57,100 nucleotides of DNA from Chloroflexota bacterium (GTDB lineage: Bacteria; Chloroflexota; Limnocylindria; Limnocylindrales; CSP1-4), in assembly GCA_003158295.1 (NCBI GenBank), contig PMIP01000059.1, positions 31,617 to 88,716 of the forward strand, written 5' to 3'. This document shows, piece after piece, positions 16,385 to 23,592 of the stretch; the stretch's first letter is position 1; each line of letters opens with the position of its first letter. The translations under genes were made by a program, and so were the position numbers. Under the pieces are notes generated by a model. It was not told the origin of the DNA and did not search any database. It was given only the letters and a program-made list of their open reading frames with translations.

Positions 16385-17842
16385 CTACTGCCTGGTCCCG
16401 GCGGCCCCTTTGCCCCCCTCGTCGGGGACCGTGGGCACGATGGGCATGAGCACCGACACTCGGGCGCCGTGCGGTGCGACGTTCTCGGCCCAGGCATCGC
16501 CGCCATGAGCCCTGGCCAGCTCGCGGACGATGGCCAGTCCAAGGCCGGAACCGCTGCCGCTGCGCGATGGATCGGCCCTGTAGAAGCGCTCGAAGACTTT
16601 CTCCGTCGTTCCGGGCGGGAAGCCGGGGCCGTCGTCGGTGACGCTAATCGAGATCCCCATCGGTCGACCGGGTACCTGAAGTTGCGCCGCCCGAAGCCAC
16701 ACGTGGCCGCCCTTCGGCAAGACGGAAAGGGCGTTCACGACCAGGTTCCCAAGGATTCTCTCGGCCGCGAGCCGGTCGCCGGTGAAGGCAAGCTCGGGTT
16801 CGCCGGGGGCGCCGCCGGAGACCTCTAACGAAACGCCTTGGGCCGCGGCCTGGGCCTCGAAGCGCGCGGTCGCGTCAACGAGCAGGTCCGTGGCGTCGAG
16901 CTTCTCGGGCCGCAACGCCGCAGCTCCTTCGCGCAGTCGCTCAACCACTCCCAGCTCGCCCACGAGCCGCTCCAGCCGCTGCGACTCTTCCGCGATCGTC
17001 CGGGCAGCGGCAGTCGCCCGGTCGCCGGACGCGGTTCCGTCCGCGATGGCCTCGGCGAAGCCGGCGATGCTGGTCAGCGGCGTCCGCAGATCGTGGCGCA
17101 GGTTGGCCAGCATCTGCGTCTCTTCGTGCCGCGTGGTCCCCAGCTCGCGGGCCATCACGTTGAATCGCTCGGTCAGAGCCTTGACCTCCGTCGGGCCTTC
17201 GACAGGCAGGGGCTCAAGCTCACCAGACCGAGTCGGCAGATCGGCGGCGGCCTGGGCCAGGCGTCGCATCGGGCCGGTCATCGAGCGCGACAGGAGCCAG
17301 GCGATCGGAATGCCCACGAGAAGCAAGACGATCACCACGATGATGAGCGCTCGAGACAGGTCGTTGAGTGCCCGCTGGGACGAACGGTCCGGCACCGCGA
17401 CGTACAGCGTGAATCCGCGGGTCCCGCTCGTGTTCGGCTCGATGGAGATGTACCTCTGGCCGTCCGTCGCCTTGAACGTGTCGATCTTGGGCGGGGCGGA
17501 GCCCGTCGGGGCGGCGGGAACGTCCATCGAGGATGGATTGCCGACGACGTACCTGGTCGCGCCTTTGGGGCCCAGGATGATGATGTAGCCGCCGTCGTCG
17601 ACGATCGGGCCCGAGTAGTCGCTCAGGGCTTGCTGGATCTGGCCCTGGCCGACCGCGGCCGGCTGGTGGAGGAAGACTGCGGCTTCGATGAGCACGACCT
17701 GATTGCCCAGGGACGACTCTGTCTCGGTCTGGTGAGCGTCGCGCAGCACCAGGAAGAGGCTCGCGCTGACGGCGACCAGCAACGCCAGGCCCAACCCCAC
17801 GAACGCCAAAACGATCCGGCTTGTGATGCCTCGCGGGATCAT
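16385..17842 (-). CDS. Sensor histidine kinase (2 TM, HAMP, HisKA, HATPase_c)
   Basis: H-box LANLRHDLRTPLTSIAGF, N-box LGNLVVNAL, G-boxes DDGPGF and GSGLGLAIV. Confidence 0.9.
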   Translation of the reverse strand: MIPRGITSRIVLAFVGLGLALLVAVSASLFLVLRDAHQTETESSLGNQVVLIEAAVFLHQPAAVGQGQIQQALSDYSGPIVDDGGYIIILGPKGATRYVVGNPSSMDVPAAPTGSAPPKIDTFKATDGQRYISIEPNTSGTRGFTLYVAVPDRSSQRALNDLSRALIIVVIVLLLVGIPIAWLLSRSMTGPMRRLAQAAADLPTRSGELEPLPVEGPTEVKALTERFNVMARELGTTRHEETQMLANLRHDLRTPLTSIAGFAEAIADGTASGDRATAAARTIAEESQRLERLVGELGVVERLREGAAALRPEKLDATDLLVDATARFEAQAAAQGVSLEVSGGAPGEPELAFTGDRLAAERILGNLVVNALSVLPKGGHVWLRAAQLQVPGRPMGISISVTDDGPGFPPGTTEKVFERFYRADPSRSGSGSGLGLAIVRELARAHGGDAWAENVAPHGARVSVLMPIVPTVPDEGGKGAAGTRQ

Positions 17843-17854
17843 CGGCTTGTGCCT

Positions 17855-18637
17855 CTAGTCCAGGGTGGGGGAGCGGTCGGGGGTCGCGGTTTCGCCGGCG
17901 GTGGCTGCGGTCGTGCCGGCGGTGGCTGCGGTCTCGCCGCGGACCACTCCGATGGCCGTGCCTCGGGGCGGCGGCACGAGCCGGTAGCCGATGCCTCGGA
18001 CCGTCTCGACCTGTGGGCCGTCGTCCCCCAGCTTCTTGCGTACCTCGGCCACGTGGACGTCGACGGTCCGAGTCTCGCCCGGGAAGTCGGTGCCCCACAC
18101 GCCCTCGAGCAGGGCGTCGCGGGTCAGTACCACGCCGGGGTCGCGCGCCAGGGCGGCCAGCAGGTCGAACTCCCGCGCCCGGAGATCGAGGCGCCGGTCG
18201 CCCACGTAGGCCTCGCGCCGTCGAGGGTCGACGCGCAGGTGGCCGACCTGGATTGGGCGGGTGCCCTTGGCCGTGACTTCGGTCCGGCGGAGGATCGCTT
18301 TGACCCGCGCAACCAGGGCTCGCGGATTGAACGGCTTGGTCACGTAGTCGTCCGCCCCGAGCTCCAGGCCGACGATCGCGTCGACGTCCTCGGAGCGCGC
18401 GGTCAGCATCAGGATCGGCACGTCTCCGCGGCGGCGAAGCTCCCGGCAGACCTCGAAGCCGTCCATCTTGGGGAGCATCAGATCCAGCACCACCAGATCC
18501 GGGTCGCTGCGCTCGTACTGGACCAGGGCCTGCTCGCCGTCGCCGGCGGACACGACGGAGTAGCCCTCCTTCTCGAGGTACAGCCGAACCAGTTCGACGA
18601 TGTTGCGCTCGTCGTCCACGACGAGGACCGTCTTCAT
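17855..18637 (-). CDS. OmpR/PhoB-family response regulator with a low-complexity Thr/Ala tail
   Basis: MKTVLVVDDE...DLVVLDLMLPKMDG...DDYVTKPF receiver domain and a winged-helix (VDVHVAEVRKKLG...VRGIGYRL). Start chosen at the ATG at 18637; the longer track ORF is N-terminally extended. Confidence 0.9.
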   Translation of the reverse strand: MKTVLVVDDERNIVELVRLYLEKEGYSVVSAGDGEQALVQYERSDPDLVVLDLMLPKMDGFEVCRELRRRGDVPILMLTARSEDVDAIVGLELGADDYVTKPFNPRALVARVKAILRRTEVTAKGTRPIQVGHLRVDPRRREAYVGDRRLDLRAREFDLLAALARDPGVVLTRDALLEGVWGTDFPGETRTVDVHVAEVRKKLGDDGPQVETVRGIGYRLVPPPRGTAIGVVRGETAATAGTTAATAGETATPDRSPTLD

Positions 18638-18644
18638 GAAGCGC

Positions 18645-18650
18645 AGGATA
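18645..18650 (-). promoter_or_regulatory. -10-like TATCCT 7 nt upstream of the response-regulator ATG (leaderless candidate)
   Basis: Minus strand reads gacgTATCCTgcgcttcATG. No SD. Confidence 0.4.
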
Positions 18651-18681
18651 CGTCCGCGACCCTCGCGCCTACCGGGATTGT

Positions 18682-18697
18682 GTAAGCGGAAGGTAAG
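18682..18697. promoter_or_regulatory. GTAAG-N6-GTAAG direct repeat (11-bp phasing) upstream of the response-regulator gene
   Basis: gtaag at 18682-18686 and 18693-18697. OmpR-family regulators typically bind direct repeats one helical turn apart. Confidence 0.3.
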
Positions 18698-18854
18698 CCG
18701 CGGCCCCGAGACGAGTCCGGTCGGCGCCCCGCGGCGAGGTTGCGCCGGGCACGGCCGCCGCTTCGGCCTGGCGCTCCCTCTCGAGATCGACCCGCTAGCA
18801 TGTGTCCACCGCGCCGCCGCGATGGCGTCGGAAATCCCGGCTTCTGGAGGAACC

Positions 18855-19316
18855 ATGCATCTCTCCGGCGAGACTGAGATCGCCGCGACCCGACAGCGTG
18901 TGTGGGAGACCGTCAGCAACCCGAACCGGGCGGCCGAGTCCAACACGTCGGGCCAGGCCCAGATCGAGAAGATCGACGACCGTCATTACACGGTCACTGT
19001 CTCCGCCCCGTCGGCCATGATGCCCATGAACGTGGTGCTGGCCCTGGAGCTGACGGAGGTCGACGCGCCTTCGCGCATCGCCGCAACCATCGCCGGCGCC
19101 GTTATGGGCGGCCCGATCAACGGCACAGGCTCGATCGAACTGACCGAGTTGGGCCCCAAGCTGACCGGGACGAAATGGGTCGCCGATGCCACGCTCGGCG
19201 GAATGCTGGGAGCCTTCGAATCGATGATCCAGGGTCCGCTGCAGCAGGCCGCAGACCAAGGCTTCGCCTCGCTGAAGGAGCGGCTGGAGGCCGAGGAAGC
19301 GGCCGCGGGAGCGTAG
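18855..19316 (+). CDS. SRPBCC-superfamily protein, CoxG-like
   Basis: GGAGG lies 4 nt upstream of the ATG at 18855. MHLSGETEIAATRQRVWETVSNP... matches the CoxG / CO-dehydrogenase subunit G-like pattern. Confidence 0.7.
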   Translation: MHLSGETEIAATRQRVWETVSNPNRAAESNTSGQAQIEKIDDRHYTVTVSAPSAMMPMNVVLALELTEVDAPSRIAATIAGAVMGGPINGTGSIELTELGPKLTGTKWVADATLGGMLGAFESMIQGPLQQAADQGFASLKERLEAEEAAAGA

Positions 19317-19322
19317 GCAACC

Positions 19323-19372
19323 CGCCGGCCGGACTGACACGCGCCTGGATAAACGCCACGCTCCGGCCGGCG
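19323..19372. terminator. 11-bp perfect inverted repeat between convergent genes
   Basis: cgccggccgga (19323-19333) and tccggccggcg (19362-19372) with a 28-nt loop. No T tract. Confidence 0.3.
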
Positions 19373-19373
19373 A

Positions 19374-19994
19374 TCAGCGCCGGGTGTAGGTCGCCGTCAG
19401 CTTCGTCTGGCCGAGGATCAGGTTGTTTGCCGCCGTCCGAACCTCGGCCGCGGAGGGGTTGCCGGTCAAGTTGAGCCGGCCCGACAGAGCCCACAGAGTG
19501 AAGCGGTAGTGATGCGTGCCGCTGGGCGGACACGGGCCGGTGTAGCCCTTCTGGCCCATCTCGTTGCGCCCCTGCGATGGTGCGTCGGCGGGCCGCACGC
19601 CTTCCGGCAACGAGCCGGAGGATCCGCCCCTGATGTCGAAGACCACCCAGTGGACGAACCCGCGTGCGTCCGGATCGTCGACGACGAGCGCGAACGACAC
19701 GGTGCCCTGCGGAGCGCCCTCCCACGCGAGCGCAGGGGAGAGGTTCTCGCCATCGCACGAATGTTTGACGGGAATGGCGCCCCCTTCAGCGAAACTCGGG
19801 CTCGAGAGTACGAAACCGGCCATATTGGTCTCCCGCAACAGGTCTGACGTCGACGAGGATGAGGCCGCGGGCGTCGGTGAGTTGGAGCACGCGGCGCACG
19901 TCAGCGCCGCGACCATGGCGATTGTGAGCCCGCTATGGAGCCTCCAGCCGCCGCCCATGGCGATGAGGATCGGCATTGGAGGCGAGTCGGTCAA
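19374..19994 (-). CDS. Secreted YbhB/YbcL (PEBP, Raf-kinase-inhibitor-like) family protein
   Basis: SCDGENLSPALAWEGAP, FALVVDDPDA, FVHWVVFDI and GYTGPCPPSGTHHYRFTLWAL motifs. The start is uncertain (TTG at 19994 or internal ATGs). Confidence 0.85.
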   Translation of the reverse strand: MTDSPPMPILIAMGGGWRLHSGLTIAMVAALTCAACSNSPTPAASSSSTSDLLRETNMAGFVLSSPSFAEGGAIPVKHSCDGENLSPALAWEGAPQGTVSFALVVDDPDARGFVHWVVFDIRGGSSGSLPEGVRPADAPSQGRNEMGQKGYTGPCPPSGTHHYRFTLWALSGRLNLTGNPSAAEVRTAANNLILGQTKLTATYTRR

Positions 19995-20066
19995 GACCGG
20001 CGCACCAGGCCCTGTGGCGGCCGGTGCCGCCGGAGGTCCTTGTGAGCGGCTCCGGCCGCCACAGGA

Positions 20067-21245
20067 TCAGGAGTCCTGGCCTCGGTACTCCTTGCGGGAG
20101 ATGCTATCGGCCGCGGCTCTGCGAATCGCATTGCCGAAGTGGCGCTCCCTTGCGTGCCTGGCGGCGATGGAGGGCTGCTCAGCGACTTCGTGCGACAGCC
20201 GCCGATAGCTCCTGAGCCGGCGCTCATCCACTCGACCGGCCGAGACGGCCGCGCGGATGGCGCATCCGGGCTCGAGTCGGTGGGAGCAGTCGGCGAAACG
20301 GCATCGAGCGGCCAGCTCGACCAGGTCCGCGAAGGTTTCGTCGACCCCGACTTCTGTGCCCCACAGGCCCAGCTCGCGCATTCCCGGGGTGTCGAGCATC
20401 AGCGCCCCGCCGGGCAGCCGGAACAGTTCGCGATGACTCGTCGTATGGCGGCCCCGCGAGTCGTCGTCGCGGATCTCGCGCGTGACCATTAGCTGCTCTC
20501 CGGCGAGCCGATTGAGCAGCGTGGACTTGCCGACTCCGGACGAGCCTACCAGGGCGAGTGTCCGTCCGGCCTCGAACCAGCGAGCGATCGTCCGCATTCC
20601 CTGGCCGCTCCGAGTGCTCAGGGCCACGACCGGGACGCGCAACTCGTCGCTGAGACCCGCAGCGCGAGCGTCGCCATCGTCGCTGAGGTCGGCCTTGGTG
20701 AGGAGCACAACCGGCTCCGCGCCCGACTCACGGCCCGTGGAAACGTACCGCTCCAGGCGGCGCGGGTTGAGGTCGCCGTTGAGCGAAGTCGCCACGAAGA
20801 TCACGTCCACGTTGGCCGCCAGGACCTGGACCCCGAGGCGGGGCCCAGCCGCACGCCGGAGGAAGGTCGAGCGGCGCGGAAGGATGGCGTCGATGCGGGT
20901 CTGGCCGTCGTGGAGAGAGGCGACGCAGCCGACCCAATCGCCGACGGCAGGGAGATCGCCGGGCTCCGCTTCGTGGCGGAACCTGCCCGTGAGCGACGCC
21001 GAGGCCTCGCCCCTCCCGGTCGCGATTATCCACTGGCCCCGATGCTGGGCGATTACCCGCGCCGGCGTCAGTCCGGCGGCCGCGACCGGCGAGAACGTGG
21101 CGGCCCAGGCTTCGTCCCAGCCCCATGCAACCAGGTCTGCCGGAGGCGACCCATCCGGTCCAGTGGTTGCCTGGGCCTCGGTTCCTTGATCCTGGGAAGA
21201 TGGAAGCGCCGGAGATCCCTCTCCGGCGCCAACGTTGGATGTCAT
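20067..21245 (-). CDS. rsgA: Ribosome small-subunit-dependent GTPase A
   Basis: Circularly permuted GTPase: VLLTKADL, LVGSSGVGKSTLLNRL, DTPGMRELGLW, and the zinc knuckle CRFADCSHRLEPGCAI. The ATG at 21245 lies 2 nt after the permease stop. Confidence 0.9.
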   Translation of the reverse strand: MTSNVGAGEGSPALPSSQDQGTEAQATTGPDGSPPADLVAWGWDEAWAATFSPVAAAGLTPARVIAQHRGQWIIATGRGEASASLTGRFRHEAEPGDLPAVGDWVGCVASLHDGQTRIDAILPRRSTFLRRAAGPRLGVQVLAANVDVIFVATSLNGDLNPRRLERYVSTGRESGAEPVVLLTKADLSDDGDARAAGLSDELRVPVVALSTRSGQGMRTIARWFEAGRTLALVGSSGVGKSTLLNRLAGEQLMVTREIRDDDSRGRHTTSHRELFRLPGGALMLDTPGMRELGLWGTEVGVDETFADLVELAARCRFADCSHRLEPGCAIRAAVSAGRVDERRLRSYRRLSHEVAEQPSIAARHARERHFGNAIRRAAADSISRKEYRGQDS

Positions 21246-21247
21246 GG

Positions 21248-22048
21248 CTAGCCAACCCTCTTGAGCTTGCCGGTCCGCTTGGCGTAGCGCTCGGCTTGGC
21301 CGAAGCCCCAGAGCCCAACCGGGATGAAGACGAAGGCCATGACCAGCAGTGGCCACAAGTCGGGCAGCAGCTGGCTCGCCGAAGCGCCGTCGATGAGGGC
21401 CTTGCGGACCGCGTCGAGGACGTAGGTTGCCGGCGAGACGCGCGACACGAGCTGCATCCAGCCGGGCAGGATGGTAGTCGGGTAGTAGACGCCGCTGACC
21501 AGCAGCAGGCACGACTGCAGGACAAAGACCATCTGCGAACCGCGCTCAACCGACATCATCGGCAGAATCGCGGCCAGCATGCCGACGCCGATGAAGCTGG
21601 CCGAGCCCACGCCCATGAAGAGCGCCGCCGCCGCAAAGTTGGCCCTCCCCAGGTCGAGCGAGAAGAAGAGGGCCAGAATGGCCAGCAGGATCGCGGTGTG
21701 GATCAGCCCGTAGATGACCGCGTAGAGCGCCGAGCCGAGCAGCTGAACCGAGCGCCTGACAGGCGCCATCATCGTGTACTCCAGCGTGCCCTCCCAGCGC
21801 TCCCAGGTGATCGTGTCGCCGATCGACTGGAAGACGACCGACAGATAGTTCCAGAAGACGGCGCCGATGACGAGCGACATGAGGAGCGTGCGGCTGCCGA
21901 CGGACTGGCCGATGAGCGAAACCGACAAGGCGCCCGCGACGGCGTAGACCAGGAAGGCGACCTCCCAGCCGAAGTAACGCTTGGTCAGGTTGAAGTTGCG
22001 CTCGACGAATGCGTATCCGGCGCGCGCATCGCGAGTTAGTGCGATCAC
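21248..22048 (-). CDS. ABC-2 type exporter permease
   Basis: Six TM segments and an ABC-2 family pattern (FVERNFNLTKRYFGWEV...). GTG start with AGGAG 8 nt upstream (aggagactcaaccGTG). Confidence 0.8.
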   Translation of the reverse strand: MIALTRDARAGYAFVERNFNLTKRYFGWEVAFLVYAVAGALSVSLIGQSVGSRTLLMSLVIGAVFWNYLSVVFQSIGDTITWERWEGTLEYTMMAPVRRSVQLLGSALYAVIYGLIHTAILLAILALFFSLDLGRANFAAAALFMGVGSASFIGVGMLAAILPMMSVERGSQMVFVLQSCLLLVSGVYYPTTILPGWMQLVSRVSPATYVLDAVRKALIDGASASQLLPDLWPLLVMAFVFIPVGLWGFGQAERYAKRTGKLKRVG

Positions 22049-22103
22049 GGTTGAGTCTCCTGTGGGGCGCCGCCCGGCGCCGACGCGGATCCTGGATCCG
22101 GGT

Positions 22104-22298
22104 CTAGCGCCGGGCGGCCAGACGGAGCGGGGCATCGGAAGCGAGCGCCGACCCGATCCGGATCAGCCCGCGTCCGAGGCGCTTGCGAACGGAGGGCCGC
22201 GGCGGCGCTTGTGGCGCTTCACAGTGGAAGCGCAGGCGCCGCTCGAGCTCTCGTTGCTGCTCGTCGTGAATGACCTTGGCGATGTGATACGAGAACAA
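22104..22298 (-). CDS. Mini-protein (64 aa) resembling the 8612-8827 product
   Basis: Putative TTG start after aagggatacc. The tail RKRLGRGLIRIGSALAS parallels RIRGLHLRIGAFLIV of the other mini-ORF. Sits between the ABC ATPase and the permease. Confidence 0.35.
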   Translation of the reverse strand: MFSYHIAKVIHDEQQRELERRLRFHCEAPQAPPRPSVRKRLGRGLIRIGSALASDAPLRLAARR

Positions 22299-22348
22299 CT
22301 TGGTATCCCTTTCTTGGTCTGGTCCGATCCGGGTCCCTGGCGACCCGC

Positions 22349-23227
22349 CTAGTCCGCCGGATCGGCTTCGCCCTCCTCGACGTCGTCGTCGAGGGAGCGG
22401 CCGGTGTACTTCATGAATGCGCTCTCGAGAGTCGGTGGCAGGCCGTACTCGAGGGCAACCAGTCTCTTGAGGCCTTCGGGCGTTTCCTCGACCGCCAGTC
22501 GCCCGCCGGCGAGGATCCCGATCCGCCCGCACAGCCGATCGGCTTCCGCGAGGTCGTGCGTTGTCAGCAAGATCGTCGCGTCGTGATCGGCCTGGAGCTC
22601 TTCGATGAATGACTGGACGTCGAGCTTCGAGCGCGGGTCCAGGCCGGTAGTCGGTTCGTCGAGCAGCAGCAGCGTCGGGCTCGTCAGGATCGCCCTGGCG
22701 ATAGCGACCTTCTGCTGCATGCCGCGGCTCATCTGCTCCACCGGCCTGGCCATCCGCTTCTCGCCGATTCCGAGCCGGGCCATGATCCCGGCTGCCTTGA
22801 GGCGTGCCTCGCGGCCGTCCAGGCCGTAGAGGCGGGCCGCGAACGACAGGTTCTCGGCCGGCGAGAGCTTCTTGAAGAAGGCGGCGTCCACGCTGACCCG
22901 ATTGATGAGGCGCTTGACCGCCATCTCCTCTCGGACCAGGTCGTGGCCGAAGACTTCGACACGACCTTCGTCGAGCGTCAGCAGGCCGCTGACGAGGCGA
23001 ATGAAGGTGGACTTCCCACTGCCGTTCGCCCCGAGGAGACCGTAGATGTCGCCTCGCCCGATGAGGACCGAGACATCGTCCACGGCCACAACCGGCGGCT
23101 TGCGCCGGTCGACGCGAAAACGCTTGGTGGCGTGGTCGACCAGGAGGGCGGCCGGACCGGGGATCGGTCGAATGGCCGGCCGGCTCGGAGCCGGCGATTG
23201 AATTGGTACGGAGACCGCGATGCTCAT
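22349..23227 (-). CDS. ABC transporter ATP-binding protein (DrrA-like, partner of the ABC-2 permease)
   Basis: Walker A GANGSGKST, signature MSRGMQQKVAIA, Walker B LLLLDEPTTGLD. GGGAGG lies 4 nt upstream of the ATG at 23227. Confidence 0.9.
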   Translation of the reverse strand: MSIAVSVPIQSPAPSRPAIRPIPGPAALLVDHATKRFRVDRRKPPVVAVDDVSVLIGRGDIYGLLGANGSGKSTFIRLVSGLLTLDEGRVEVFGHDLVREEMAVKRLINRVSVDAAFFKKLSPAENLSFAARLYGLDGREARLKAAGIMARLGIGEKRMARPVEQMSRGMQQKVAIARAILTSPTLLLLDEPTTGLDPRSKLDVQSFIEELQADHDATILLTTHDLAEADRLCGRIGILAGGRLAVEETPEGLKRLVALEYGLPPTLESAFMKYTGRSLDDDVEEGEADPAD

Positions 23228-23248
23228 GTCACCTCCCTCGTGTGGAAG

Positions 23249-23300
23249 GCTCGCGGCGTGGAGGAACCGCGAGCTGGGTCGGGGTGGGGAGGGCTCGCGG
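23249..23300 (-). promoter_or_regulatory. Three-segment alternative-pairing element with CCUCC loops just upstream of the ABC ATPase SD
   Basis: On the minus strand: CCGCGAGC (23293-23300), GCUCGCGG (23267-23274), CCGCGAGC (23249-23256). The middle segment can pair with either flank. Both intervening loops contain CCUCC, complementary to the GGGAGG SD (23232-23237). Confidence 0.4.
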
Positions 23301-23339
23301 CTTTGCCCCAGGGGCGCGTTGCGCCTGCCGAGGGGCATT

Positions 23340-23371
23340 AAAAAAGCCGGGGGCCCGATCTGGCCCACGGC
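23340..23371 (-). terminator. Intrinsic terminator inside the ABC operon leader
   Basis: Minus strand reads GCCGUGGGCC-AGAUCG-GGCCCCCGGC followed by UUUUUUAA. A 10-position stem with one U-C mismatch, then six U residues. Confidence 0.65.
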
Positions 23372-23531
23372 TCAGAGGTTCGTCCTGGCGGCATTGCCGC
23401 CCGGGCTAGCTCTCGGTGGGCGCAGATCTCCCGCACACGGCGGGACCGCCGTCCGCTCGGACGGCTCCGGCCGGTGCCTTAGCGAGATTGCGCACGACGC
23501 ACCTCATGAACAGCTGCCTACCTGGCAGACC
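23340..23531 (-). ncRNA. Candidate structured RNA of about 190 nt (riboswitch, attenuator or sRNA) between promoter and terminator
   Basis: Bounded by TTGACA-N18-TAAACT and the terminator. Contains several perfect local hairpins (GCCGUCC-GAGC-GGACGGC, UCCCGC-CGUGU-GCGGGA, GGCGGC-AAU-GCCGCC). I could not match it to a known class by eye. Confidence 0.4.
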
Positions 23532-23537
23532 TGCGGG

Positions 23538-23567
23538 AGTTTAGGGGAGTTCGCGGAATCCTGTCAA
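23538..23567 (-). promoter_or_regulatory. Sigma-70-like promoter TTGACA-N18-TAAACT
   Basis: Minus strand: ttgaca (23562-23567), 18-nt spacer, taaact (23538-23543). Lies 26 nt downstream of the lacI-family stop. Confidence 0.55.
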
Positions 23568-23592
23568 TCGCTTCGCCGGCAAAGCCGGGACA

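Noticed and set aside
23403-23445. Plus-strand string GGGCTAGCTCTCGG...ACACGGCGGGAC, superficially reminiscent of guanidine-I (ykkC) riboswitch conserved blocks
   Set aside because: The order of blocks does not match my memory of the ykkC consensus. The element would be on the strand pointing into the 3' end of the lacI-family gene, with no downstream target. The minus-strand promoter and terminator frame the region convincingly instead.
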